This document shows positions 1 to 10,479 of a stretch of DNA of 64,000 nt, in pieces. The notes beneath the pieces are model-generated. The model was not told where the DNA came from, made no database searches, and saw only the letters and a program-made list of their open reading frames with translations. The number at the start of each line of letters is the position of its first letter. Position 1 is the stretch's first letter. Origin of the DNA: Selaginella moellendorffii (taxonomy: Eukaryota; Plantae; Lycopodiophyta). The position numbers and the translations under genes were made by a program. Location: contig NW_003314274.1 of the NCBI RefSeq assembly GCF_000143415.4, forward strand, positions 1,003,788-1,067,787. The letters run 5' to 3'.

Positions 1-2850
1 GTTTGTCACCGCAACACACGGGACACCCTTGAGTAGTGCGGCTCGAAAGATTAGTCCGCCGCAGTTGTACTCGACAACGCAGTTGTACTTTGCCCTTGGA
101 GTCGGAAGCAGGTGACCCACCCGCTATTGCGTTGAAGACCCAGCTGAGCATTTCCCATGCTGCACCTGGAGCTTTCTTTGGATTTGAAAGCTTCATAGCC
201 GTCTTCAGTTCCTCAGGCACGGGTAAATTGACATCCCTCAGATCAATTCGATCGGCCTTGTCGAACGAAGCTGGGAAGTCACTCCAGTCCCACTCTGCTG
301 CAGGACCAATAACAAGGGCGAGTGTGAAGATGCGGACATTCGTCGGTATCTTCTTCTTAGCCATTATCCCATGGATCTCCCGTATCTCCTTGCCTTTCAA
401 CCGAGCCTTCACCTCGTTCAAGGCCTTCCAGAACTTGTGATAGGATTCGGAGTTGTAGATCATATAGTGGACTGAAGATTCCACCTCCGCAAGTCCCACC
501 ATTAAGTCAATGATAGAGCTGACTTTGTCTGCATGAGTGATCTCCTCGTTTGTGAAGTCCATCACACAAAAGATGTTCTTGACCTGCTCATCTCCGCGGG
601 AAACGATGCTCCTCCACCTTTGATCCTCATCCGAATTCACGTATACCCGGTAAGGTTCTCGATAGGCCTCTGCTGCGGGGTCGAGCTGTTTCTGAAGCCG
701 GCGGTCGACATCCCTCTTAATGAAATTTGGATACTGATCCAACTTCTCAGCTTTACTTTTCGTGGCATCCCACAACAGATTGATGAACTTGGGGCCCCCC
801 TTCACGTACTCGTCGATGTCTTCATTTGACAACTCCAGCGCTTCCATCATCTCTTGCGTGGTGTCGATGCTCACCCTCTCCACGGCCACTTGCTCGAAGA
901 TCCAATCCTTCAATAGCGCACGAGCTCTCAGAGTCGTGCACAAGTCCTCGTATGTCACAATATGGCCGGGAGTCATTTTGGTCTTGTTGAAGACTACCTC
1001 ACCACGTAGAAGAGCATTAGCCACTGTCAGAAGGTCGTCGTCGTCTAGAGACCGCGAGAAACGCAAGGCGTTGAGCTTCAAATCATTGGGCTTCCGGCCG
1101 TCCTCCACACCCATTGAGTTTAGCAACTCCCCGTCATGGTACCTCCTCAGCACATCTACCCATTTGTCAAAAACAACTTTTGTCGCGAGTAGAATGTTAT
1201 GGATGCTGAGTGTGTCATTGACCCCCACTCGAGACTTCCTGCAATGGAAATGGCGTGAGGCCACATGCTATGCCACATGCAACGAGGCTTGCCTGCCAGG
1301 CGCTAGTTGCTAGTGCACGTCCTTGTCCTGGTTTTTGTGGCTTCTTCAGTTGAACCCAGAACTTCCGTGTTCGTGCCAATGTCTCGTGCAGACCCGATTT
1401 GTAGCACGTTTCTTGCTTGACATTTTGCGCGTGGGAGATGTATATGATAGATCGGAGGGGCGAGTTGCCTTTTATCAGGCGGACAACTCTTGTCTTGAAG
1501 ACTTTCTTCACCTCCTCGCCCACCATAATATCCACAACTATCTCTTGCATCGCTAAGCTAGAATGCTGCCCGGAGACGGCATAGAACCGGATGTTCTGAT
1601 CGTCCAACACCTTCCTATTGATCAAGTCTGGAAACCTCGTCTCGCCCTTCATTGTTCGGTAGTAGGGGATCACGTCTGCGATGTCGGGTGTTACTGGACT
1701 TGCCAGCATCTTCTACTTCAGTTTCTCCACCCACTCATCAGATACTAGCCTGTGGTTGTATTTGCTTTGGATGTCGATACGGCTCACGTCGATTGTATAT
1801 ACTTTGTTGGAATAGTAACAAGTACTATTATCTGCGACGATTTTTGCTGCCTCTTCTTGCTCTTTCTGCTCTTTGCGGCTCTTCTTTTTGGTGGGTGTAG
1901 TGTTCGAACCCAAGGCAATGGCATCACCGAGTAGCTTCTTTTTTGGAGCAGGAGAGTCGGACGTCGGCTTGAGCTTGACCACCCTTTTCTACTTCGGGGT
2001 AGTTTCCAGATCGACCCCCTTCCCCTTCGCTTTGCGAACTAGAGGCACTCTCAACGGCTCAATGTTGGAATATAGTTTTTGAACATCGCCATAGGTGAGG
2101 TCCGTGGATTCCATGTGATCTTCATAGACCCGCAACGTCTTTGAAATTGTGGGCCTCCTGGACAACCTCTCCCTAGCTCCCTCTAGGAATTCCTCATAGC
2201 CGCTGCCCCCCTTCGGGAAGCCGCTAGGATGTGCAAGGTGGATCTTGAAGGCGGACGCTATCTCTACCACAAGTGCCAGTCCATATTCTTGCATGGAACT
2301 GCATGGAGTGTCTGTCACTTGGATGAGGATCCCCATGCATTCTTTTCTCCCACCATCTGTGTTGTACAACCTCAGATCCTCGCCTTCCATCCCGAAAGTC
2401 CAACTAGTGAGCTCCTCCCCCTTCTCTGCATCCACATTGACAGTGGCTGGAAGAAGAACGCAATTCCTCGCCTGTTCAGAAATGCACAACAATTAGAGCT
2501 GATAGATGAAAAGCTAGCAGCTGGAAATAACGTGAGGCCACACGCCATTCACCACTACATCAGATGTCTTGAGGCTGCATCCTAAGATGGCGTGAGGCTA
2601 CACGCCATCTGTAACCGGACTGCACTCGAGAGCCCAATCGGTGCATGCCAATGTTGCTACTAAATGGCATGTGGCCTCATGCCATTTTCTACTTGGCCTA
2701 AAAGACTTACCATTTGAAGCCGAATGGAGGCGTGACAATCGAGGCCGGACTCGCTGGCGAATGTGCACTGTGTGTGCAGCGGATCTTAGCAGCAAGGCTA
2801 CTCTGCCACTTACAGTTAGAGAGTGGCGCTGAAATCTCCCAGGACGCCAA
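1..2850 (-). pseudogene. ParB/Srx-like domain protein with putative degenerate DNA-methyltransferase-like C-terminus; runs off the window, 5' end uncertain
   Basis: ORFs 1989-2492, 1713-1982 and 1215-1709 are one frame broken by TAG stops at 1989 and 1713. ParB-like motifs YTIDVSRIDIQSKYNHRLVSDEWVEKLK and FYAVSGQHSSLAM. After a probable GC-AG intron (1292-1239) and a 1-nt slip, a ~400-codon stop-free frame (VNDTLSIHNILL...KKAPGAAWEMLSWVF) continues to the window edge. GTAAGT donor at 2710. Confidence 0.6.
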
Positions 2851-2929
2851 GTGGGCTGCGTGTGGGTGGCGGAGTGGGCGGCGGAGTTGGCAGCGAAGTT
2901 ACAAACTGGGTGTGTCTTGAAGTGGACGC

Positions 2930-3250
2930 CGATGCACACGAGCGCGATGCGAGCGCGAGTGTGATGCAAGCGCGAGTGGACGCCGATGCACATGAGAAAC
3001 CTGTAGAGAAGGTAGATGAGCGCGAATGTGAGCGTGATCGCGAGTGGGAGCGCGATGCGAGCGCGAGTACGATGCAAAACCTAACCTCACACGCGCGAAA
3101 TGTCACGATGGTTGGTAATCCCGCAACGTCATCATTCCTCGGACTTGGGTGCCACCATTAATTTCTGGATCGCCGCGCGCATGCATGCACGTGAAATCCA
3201 AAAGAAATCCGCAACGTCATCATTCTTCGGACTGCATGCACGCGAAATCC
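2930..3250. repeat. GC-rich short tandem and direct repeats (GAGCGCGATGCGAGCGCGAGT; ATCCGCAACGTCATCATTC-like x2)
   Basis: Repeated units are directly visible upstream of the ParB-like gene. Confidence 0.7.
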
Positions 3251-3367
3251 GAAAGAAAGATCATGATTGGGATATCATTTAATACCCTTGCTATATTTAT
3301 ACCATGCATGATTGGATATTCCAAAGCATCTTGTATTTCCAAAAATGCCAGATGTTCAGCTAAATAA

Positions 3368-5272
3368 AGAATGGTATACAATGTCCTTCTTGATGACCCT
3401 GCAAAGAAGCATCTCGATCGGACACCACATGAGACCACACGAGCCTTACAATGTTTCAGGGGCATTTGCCATAGATCCGACCGTTATTTTGCTCCAAGAT
3501 TCTACAATTTGGTGTGCATTGACCTTTCCATTGACACTACAAAGGGACATCACAATCAAATGCGGGATCACAAGAAACCAACTTCACTAACTCTGGTTTC
3601 ACCAAGATCTACGTAAGGAGTTATGAAATGAAAGGACCCTCTCTATTGAAATGTGTTTATGGTCCTAACATATCAAAGGATTTTGCATCAAGTTCTGTAT
3701 TTGCATGTTTATCAAGCTACTGAATTGCTAAACCCTAAACCCTAAATATGTGGCAAATGCTGCGTGAAGAAAGATGCCCTTTCTGGGCAAATGCTGTAAG
3801 AGGTAGATGCCGAGCAGTTACACGGCGAATAATCTTGGCGCGGATCACTGACATGGCATGGCAAAGTTCAAATCACTAACATAGCACAGCTGGATCGAGG
3901 CAAGGACATGATGTGACAAAGTTCAACGTCTAACAGCAAAGTCTAGAAGCTACTCAGTTTGAAATTTGTCAAAGGAATTATAACATCTGGTTTGTCAGAG
4001 GATTTAATGTGACGTTCAAGTGTGTGGGCTCATGCAATTTTGATCCCAAAAAATGCACCAAAAAATGCTCGGCGTCATCTGGCGTTATCTCTTGAATGGC
4101 GTGGGGCTGCATGCCATTTTCAGGGGCACATAGAAGTATATTCCTAGAATATTCTGATATGCGCGAGATTTTTTTGAGTTTTCTGGAGATCCAACCGTTA
4201 GATCGCAACTAGATTTTACAGAATGGTATACAATGTCTTTCTTGATGACCCTGCAAAGAAGCATCTCGATCGAACACCACATGAGACCACACGAGCCTTA
4301 CAATGTTTCAGGGGCATTTGCCATAGATCCGACCGTTATTTTGCTCCAAGATTTTACAGTTTGGTGTGCATTGACCTTTCCATCGACACTGCAAAGGGAC
4401 ATCACAATCAGATGCGGGATCACAAGAAACTAACTTGACTAACTCTAGTTTCACTAAGATCTACGTAAGGAGTTATGAAATGAAAGGACCCTCTCTATTG
4501 AAATGTGTTTATAGTCCTAGGGGCATTGTGACATATCAAAGGATTTTGCATCAAGTTCTGTATTTGCATGTTTATCAAGCTACTGAATTGCTAAACCCTA
4601 AACCCTAAACCCTAAACATGTGGCAAATGCTGCGTGAAGAAAGATGCCCTTTCTGGGCAAATGCTGTAAGAGGCAAATGCCGAGCAGATGTATCTCAAGC
4701 TAGCAAAGGGGACAAACGAAAGCTAGCTATAAACATGACGGGATGCAAATAGATTACTAGGCTGGTCTTGCGAAAATCAAAAACCATAATTGAAAACATT
4801 GAAAATGCAAAAAGAAAGGTTTATAATATTTTTGAATTTTAAGCAACCAAAGGAATGTAAGTTTAAAAATGCCTCAACCACTTAAATTCCCAAGTAAATA
4901 AAGCTGTTTTTATTTTTGGTACAGGTAAACTTTATAGCGTATGGGCTCATGCAATTTTGAACTCAAAAATGCATTAAAAAATGCTCGACTAACATTATTC
5001 TTTGAATGGCGTGTGGCCTTATATTGCCATAAATGGACGTACACACACAGCATAATTATTCCTTTACACGGCGAATAATCTTGGCACGGATCGCTGACAC
5101 GGCATGGCAAAGTTCGAATCACTGACATGGCACAGCTGGATCGAGGCAAGGACATGATGTGACAAAGTTCAACCTCCGACAGCAAAGTCTAGAAGCTACT
5201 CAGTTTGAAATTTTTCAGAGGAATCATAAGATCTGGTTTGTCAGAGGATTTGATGTGACGTTCAAGCGTGTG
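3368..5272 (+). repeat. Shuffled direct duplications A-B-C...A'-C'-B' containing (AAACCCT)2-3
   Basis: A 3368-3817 matches 4220-4687. B 3818-4025 matches 5064-5272. C 4025-4118 matches ~4942-5030. Telomere-type heptamers at ~3730-3746 and ~4593-4617. Confidence 0.88.
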
Positions 5273-5862
5273 TTATTTTTGAATTCTCGAACTCATTCCT
5301 AGGTCTATCATTTTTGTGCGCCGTGTTCTTGGTTCCGCTGAGCGTAGTGAGCGCTGCTTGTGTAAGCGGCGTTGTGAGCTGTGGTTTATGCGTCTACAAG
5401 CGGTTGCGGCATTGCGAGCGCCATTGCAAGCGGCAGTTTATGCGAGTGGCAGTTTGTGCGAGCGGCACTACGAGCAGTTGCGGTGTTGCGAGCGGCACTG
5501 TCTTTGGTGTGGCTACCGCTTCCTCTTGATATTCGGCACTTGTGCTTCCTGGTATGTTCACCATTGAATGGCTTAGGACCATATTTAGAAATGGCATGAG
5601 GCCACATGCCATCTTGGGCCCTTTCAATTTCATGGCTAGCGTATTGTCAAAGATAGCGTGAGGCCTCATGCCATTAGTGGTACCACTAATGGCATGAGGG
5701 CTCATGCCAATTTTGTGAATGCGAAATTTCACGTGGGTGTCAATAGCATGTTTGAATAATGGCATGTGGCCTCATGCTATTGAGGTTGTTTGGTATGTTA
5801 TGATTTAGGCCATTCTCCAATCATTTTTTGTATGGTCTTAACTTCTTTTCTGCACTTTCAAA

Positions 5863-8800
5863 ATGGCCTTCACGGTTGGGGAAAAGGTTTACATTTTGAA
5901 TGGTGGGAAGAGAGTTGCAAAAAGGACCCTTGTGTCTATGGATCGGAACTTTGTTATACACTGTCAAAGGCTTGGGGAAGGCAATGCTACTGTATCAGTA
6001 GAGACTGTCTTCGATGGGAATGTGGTCGCTATTGAACAAGGAGAGATGGTCGTCGGGGTAAATGTTGTTGTTGCCTTGAAAAATCTTCAGAAGAAAGCAG
6101 ATGTTGGGGACAGCGCAAGTGCGACACATGTTCCCTCCGTGGATCTTAAGAACCATGCTACATGGATTCAGGCAAAGGTGTTTCTAAACAACCCCGAGGG
6201 GGAGGTGGTAGTTGAGGGCTTAGCCACAGTTGTCGATCCAAGAGATGCGATTGCTAATCAAGAATTGGGCTGGGATGATATTGGAGTTGCGATTTTAGAG
6301 GTTGTTGACACAGAAGAAAACAGTCTGACTATTGGAAGCATTGTGCGGTGGAAATTGAGGCACTTAGTGTTTGAGAATGTGAAGGATTCACAATCAAACA
6401 CCACTACAACTAATGACAGAACATCTCTTCATGGGAAAAGAAAGTACACCTTCCTAAAGCGCAGCCAAAGGGATCTGAGCAACAAACCGAAAAGGCAGAA
6501 AATGGCGATGGAGGTTCGAATGGTCTCGACAGTTGCTTGTTGCAAAAGGAGGTGCTGTCAACATGTTAATTGGGATGCTATTGAAGAGGAAAGAGCAAGA
6601 TACAAGACATTGTCCTAGAAGGCAGCTCGCAATTTTGTGTATAAGGCATTACGGTCATCTGTTGATGCTTCAGAACATCAGGTGGGGGGCATGGTCTTCC
6701 AGAGGGGTTTGGTCTGCATGAAGGCATGGAGAATCATTTATGGAGTCCCTCGAACCACATTCTACAGAATCAAAACTGAGTTCGAGGAACAAAGGGTTCA
6801 ACAAGCAATCCATGGGAACGACGGTACGCACAAAACCAGGGGTCATGTTGTATATGGAGAGGCAATCTTCAAGAGGTTTGTCGAGACATGTAGCAAGCAG
6901 CAACCACATAAAACCCACCTCTTGGAAGATGGAACACGAGACACTCAACGAGTTCTCCCTTCCATGTATACCAAGGAGGCCATATTGGAAGATGTGAATC
7001 GGGAACTCCAGAGTAATGGCTACAGGAAGCTGAGCCAATCTAGATTTAGTAGATTGTGGAGCAACAAGTTCAGGGATGTGAGTATAGGAAAGTACTCCAG
7101 CTTTTCAAAGTGTGACGAGTGCACTGCTATCAAAATGGCTTTGTTGAAGAATTCTTGCAGCGCTCAAGAGCGAGAGACGTTGGTTAGAAGGCGGCTCGAC
7201 CACAACATCGAGCAGAGAAGCTACAGGACTGCATATTATCATAACAGGATTCTCTTCATGGAGAGACTTGACTCTTACCTCTACATCATCCACGACAAAA
7301 TGGACCAGAAAAAGACGTGCTTACCTCGACTCAATCCTGCCCCCAAGGCAATCTCTTCATCCATGCAGCTGCCTGTGTCTCTGTTTGGCATAATTGCTCA
7401 TGGGCATGGTGCCCAGAACTATGGGAACTTCTTTGTACCTCTATGGGGTGGCGGGGGTGTAAACATGATGATTGCGTCCCTAGCAAAACACTTAAGGTCT
7501 CTGCAAAGTGCGCAGACTGAGCTGAACGGCCAACCCTTGCATAAGGCCCTTGTCGATCGAACCCCATACAGAGTTCAGCTGGAGGAGGAGCAAAGGCTTG
7601 TAGTATCGCGTGGGGCTCCATGCCATCCCAGTGAATATGTTGGCCGTTAGATTGTAGGGTTATCACGTGAGGCCTCATGCCATTCCGACGAGGCTGGTCG
7701 CCTGGTGAATGCACAACCTCATCCAAACGAAGCAGAATCTTAAGGAAGTTCTTGCGGCCGATGTGGCCTTCCACCCCATCTTCTGCTCCAAATAGACAAT
7801 GCTGGCAGTGAGAACAAAAACATGTACGTCTTCACGTACTTGGCGATGCTTGTTGCCAAAGGCATATTTGAAACAGTTACACTTGGCTTTCTCATGGTTG
7901 GGCACACTCATGAAGACGTCGATGCCATGTTCAGTCACCTGGCAAAGTCCCTCCGGCGATCCAATGTCCTCACCCTCCCACAACTCTACAATGAATTCCA
8001 AAATTGCATCAAAGGCACTGTTGAAGTTGCACTTGTGACAGAGGTTCCAGACTTTAAGGGGTTTGTAAGAGGCTACATCAGGGACGGATCCGAAACGCTG
8101 ATTGGCCACTCCAAGCCTCTTCAGTTTCATTTCAGCATGCGTGATGGTGCTCCAGTGATGAGGTACAAGATGAGAGAATGGGACACAGTGTGGCTACCAG
8201 TGGACGGCATTGAACTCTTCAAGAGAGATCCCATAACTGGGGAACCTATGATTCCTCAGGGTTCCCCACGGCCGATGCACCCGGATGGACTCAAAGACCA
8301 GGAAAGTATAGTGGCCGGGATTAGACAGCATATTGCCTTCTGGAAGAGGGGGTTGGTGTTTGGTGGAGAATCCTATTTTCAGAGGTGCAAGCCTTTGCTC
8401 GAATACTGGGAGAAGATTATATCTGCTATCCAAAATGGGCCGGTTGTATATGAAGAATTGGAAGAGTCCTTTTGGCCAGAACCCAGAGCACCAGATAGTA
8501 GCGTAACAATGTCCTCTGGAAATGCAGTGACAGATAACGATGTTGAGGATCACTATTGTGGGCTGAGGAACAAGAAGCCGGATTCAGCATTCAATCCAGT
8601 ACAGGTCTGCAAAGGAATGGTTGTGCTTGTCAGACCCAGTAATAAAAAACAAATGATATGGGTGGGGCGTTGCATCACTGATGCAGAGGAGGACGTGGAA
8701 ACTAACTCCTTCACTGTAACTGTGGAGTGGTTCAAGCCAAGTTCCGGATATACGAAGGATTGCCTAGAAAAGAGATGGGTGCTGAATCCAAGGGATCCCA

Positions 8801-9004
8801 GCATGAGCATATCGGTGGATAATGTTGTGCATGGTTGGATGCGGAAGCAGAGTGCCAAAATCACCTTGCCAGACCATGCAAGAGATGCAGCAAGAGCATT
8901 CATAACCCGGGTTCAAGGTGAGATTCATTAATATTCCTTTACTAAGTTTCTAATGTATTTTATTTCAAGGTGAACAATCCGAATCTGAATCAGAGGAGGC
9001 ATGA
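5863..9004 (+). pseudogene. Sola1-like DDD/E transposase (~1030 aa) with three premature stops
   Basis: ORFs 5863-6618, 6637-7650 and 7822-8931 share one frame (stops TAG 6616, TAG 7648, TAA 7741). Motifs CCKRRCC, VCMKAWRIIYGVPRTTFYRI (HTH-like), FSKCDEC, IIHDKMDQKK, LLLQIDNAGSENKN and GFLMVGHTHEDVDAMFS. A probable last intron at ~8919-8969 gives the end EQSESESEEA*. Confidence 0.8.
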
Positions 9005-10479
9005 TGGCATGTGGCCTTACGCCATTCCTAGGTGAGATGATACAAATAACAAGTATAAATTCTTAGTTGTTCTAGCAAATCTTACTTAAAGTTCAAGGTG
9101 AACAAGCCGAATATGAATTCATCGGATTGTTATAACAAATTGCGAGGTGATGGCATGAGGCGATACGCCATTTGAGGGTGGTAGCCATTCCTATATGAGG
9201 TGAGTGAAATATTTATTAGAAATACCTCATTCAATTGTGCACTTCTAAGTCTTGGTCCACTCAGTACTATTTGCATGTTTCTATTTTAATTCTTTCTCTA
9301 AAATGTTATTTAGCATGTGGCTTCATGCCATTGCTCTCCACAATCATGCATTGAATTTTTCTATCCTTGCATAATACTTCTCCATATATATAGCATGTGC
9401 GCACATGTGATATGGTTCATTAGGCCTGATATAGTGTGTGAGGTAAAACAAAGATGATGTGACATATGCATTTACCAATCACACGTGCATAAATCTAATA
9501 ATATGGCATGTGGCCCATATTAATGGCACATAAACCCATATTGTGGGCTTACGTGCTTTATGTACCATCATTCCCTTGCAGCGTGTGTGTTGGTTTCCTT
9601 TTATAACACAACGAACTCCATATTTTAGGGTGAAGAGCGTTCTCATGGCAAGCATAAAATCTGTAAGTGAGGCAGAAAAGGAGACGGAGAAGGAGATAGG
9701 TGAAGATGTAGAATATATAAGTCTTCCAAACTCCCCGTACTATACTCCAGGTGATCATTTTTCTGAACAAACGGCAACATTAACAACTATCAAGAACGCC
9801 CCAGTAACGTCAGAGACAACAATCCAAAGCAAAACAACTGACCCGGAGAAGGATGATAGTACCGCTGAGAGTACCAAAAAGGAGGTGTCCACTAGCACTT
9901 AGGCTTATAATGGCGTGTGCCCTCATGCCATTTACTTGATCACCAAATACCTTTTTCCCTTTGCACTAGTATATCTTAATACCGGTCTGAGAAATAGAAT
10001 GGCATGTGCCCTCAGGCCTTTTACTAAATCACCTTTGAAAGAAATGCAAGCCTCTATGTCATAAAAAAAAGGTACTAGAGAAATTCCTTAATAATATGAA
10101 TGTTATTTAGTTTCATGAAAATACACTAAGGGTCAAATGAGTTAAATGACTTCTCCAGACTAGCAATGCCTCTTGCTACACCTTCACAATTAGATTCGTT
10201 AGAAAAAGATAACATTGAATAATATCTAAATGTTCTCACCATTAAGTTATATGTCTGGCTAATAGGAATGACGTTCATCTTGGAAAGCTCACCACATGCT
10301 CAATGAATAAACAAATAGTGTGTGCGCGCATGCCATCGCTCTTCTTTAGCTTCAGATTCGGCTTGTTCACCTTGACAATGAGATTTATTATACAACCAGA
10401 TGGACTCAGTCTTGACACAAAGTCATTGCGCTAGTCACCATGCCCTAGATATGTCTAGCCCCTGGACAAAAAACATATA

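Larger units (their letters stand above)
1249..10337. repeat. Dispersed 24-bp palindromic repeat family, consensus AATGGCRTGWGGCCWCAYGCCATT
   Basis: Copies start at about 1249, 2526, 2586, 2663, 4095, 5005, 5590, 5652, 5688, 5758, 7604, 7661, 9003, 9149, 9309, 9909, 9998 and 10314. Weaker copies near 9389 and 9502. Confidence 0.92.
1..10340. mobile_element. Large DNA transposon (Sola1-like transposase plus ParB-like cargo gene); left end outside the window, right end approximate
   Basis: Divergent transposase (+) and ParB-like (-) genes show the same pattern of decay. A 24-bp palindrome recurs from 1249 to 10337 and was not seen elsewhere in the window. No TIR/TSD identified. Confidence 0.65.

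Noticed and set aside
36-1313. Plus-strand ORFs 36-440, 533-829 and 762-1313
   Set aside because: They are Ser-rich antisense shadows of the real minus-strand frame.
3730-4617. Interstitial telomere or chromosome end
   Set aside because: Only 2-3 heptamer units, embedded in a duplicated module.
1249-10337. CRISPR array interpretation of the 24-bp palindromes
   Set aside because: Spacing is irregular (36 bp to over 1.8 kb), orientation is mixed, copies fall in introns and CDS, no cas genes are present and the context is eukaryotic.
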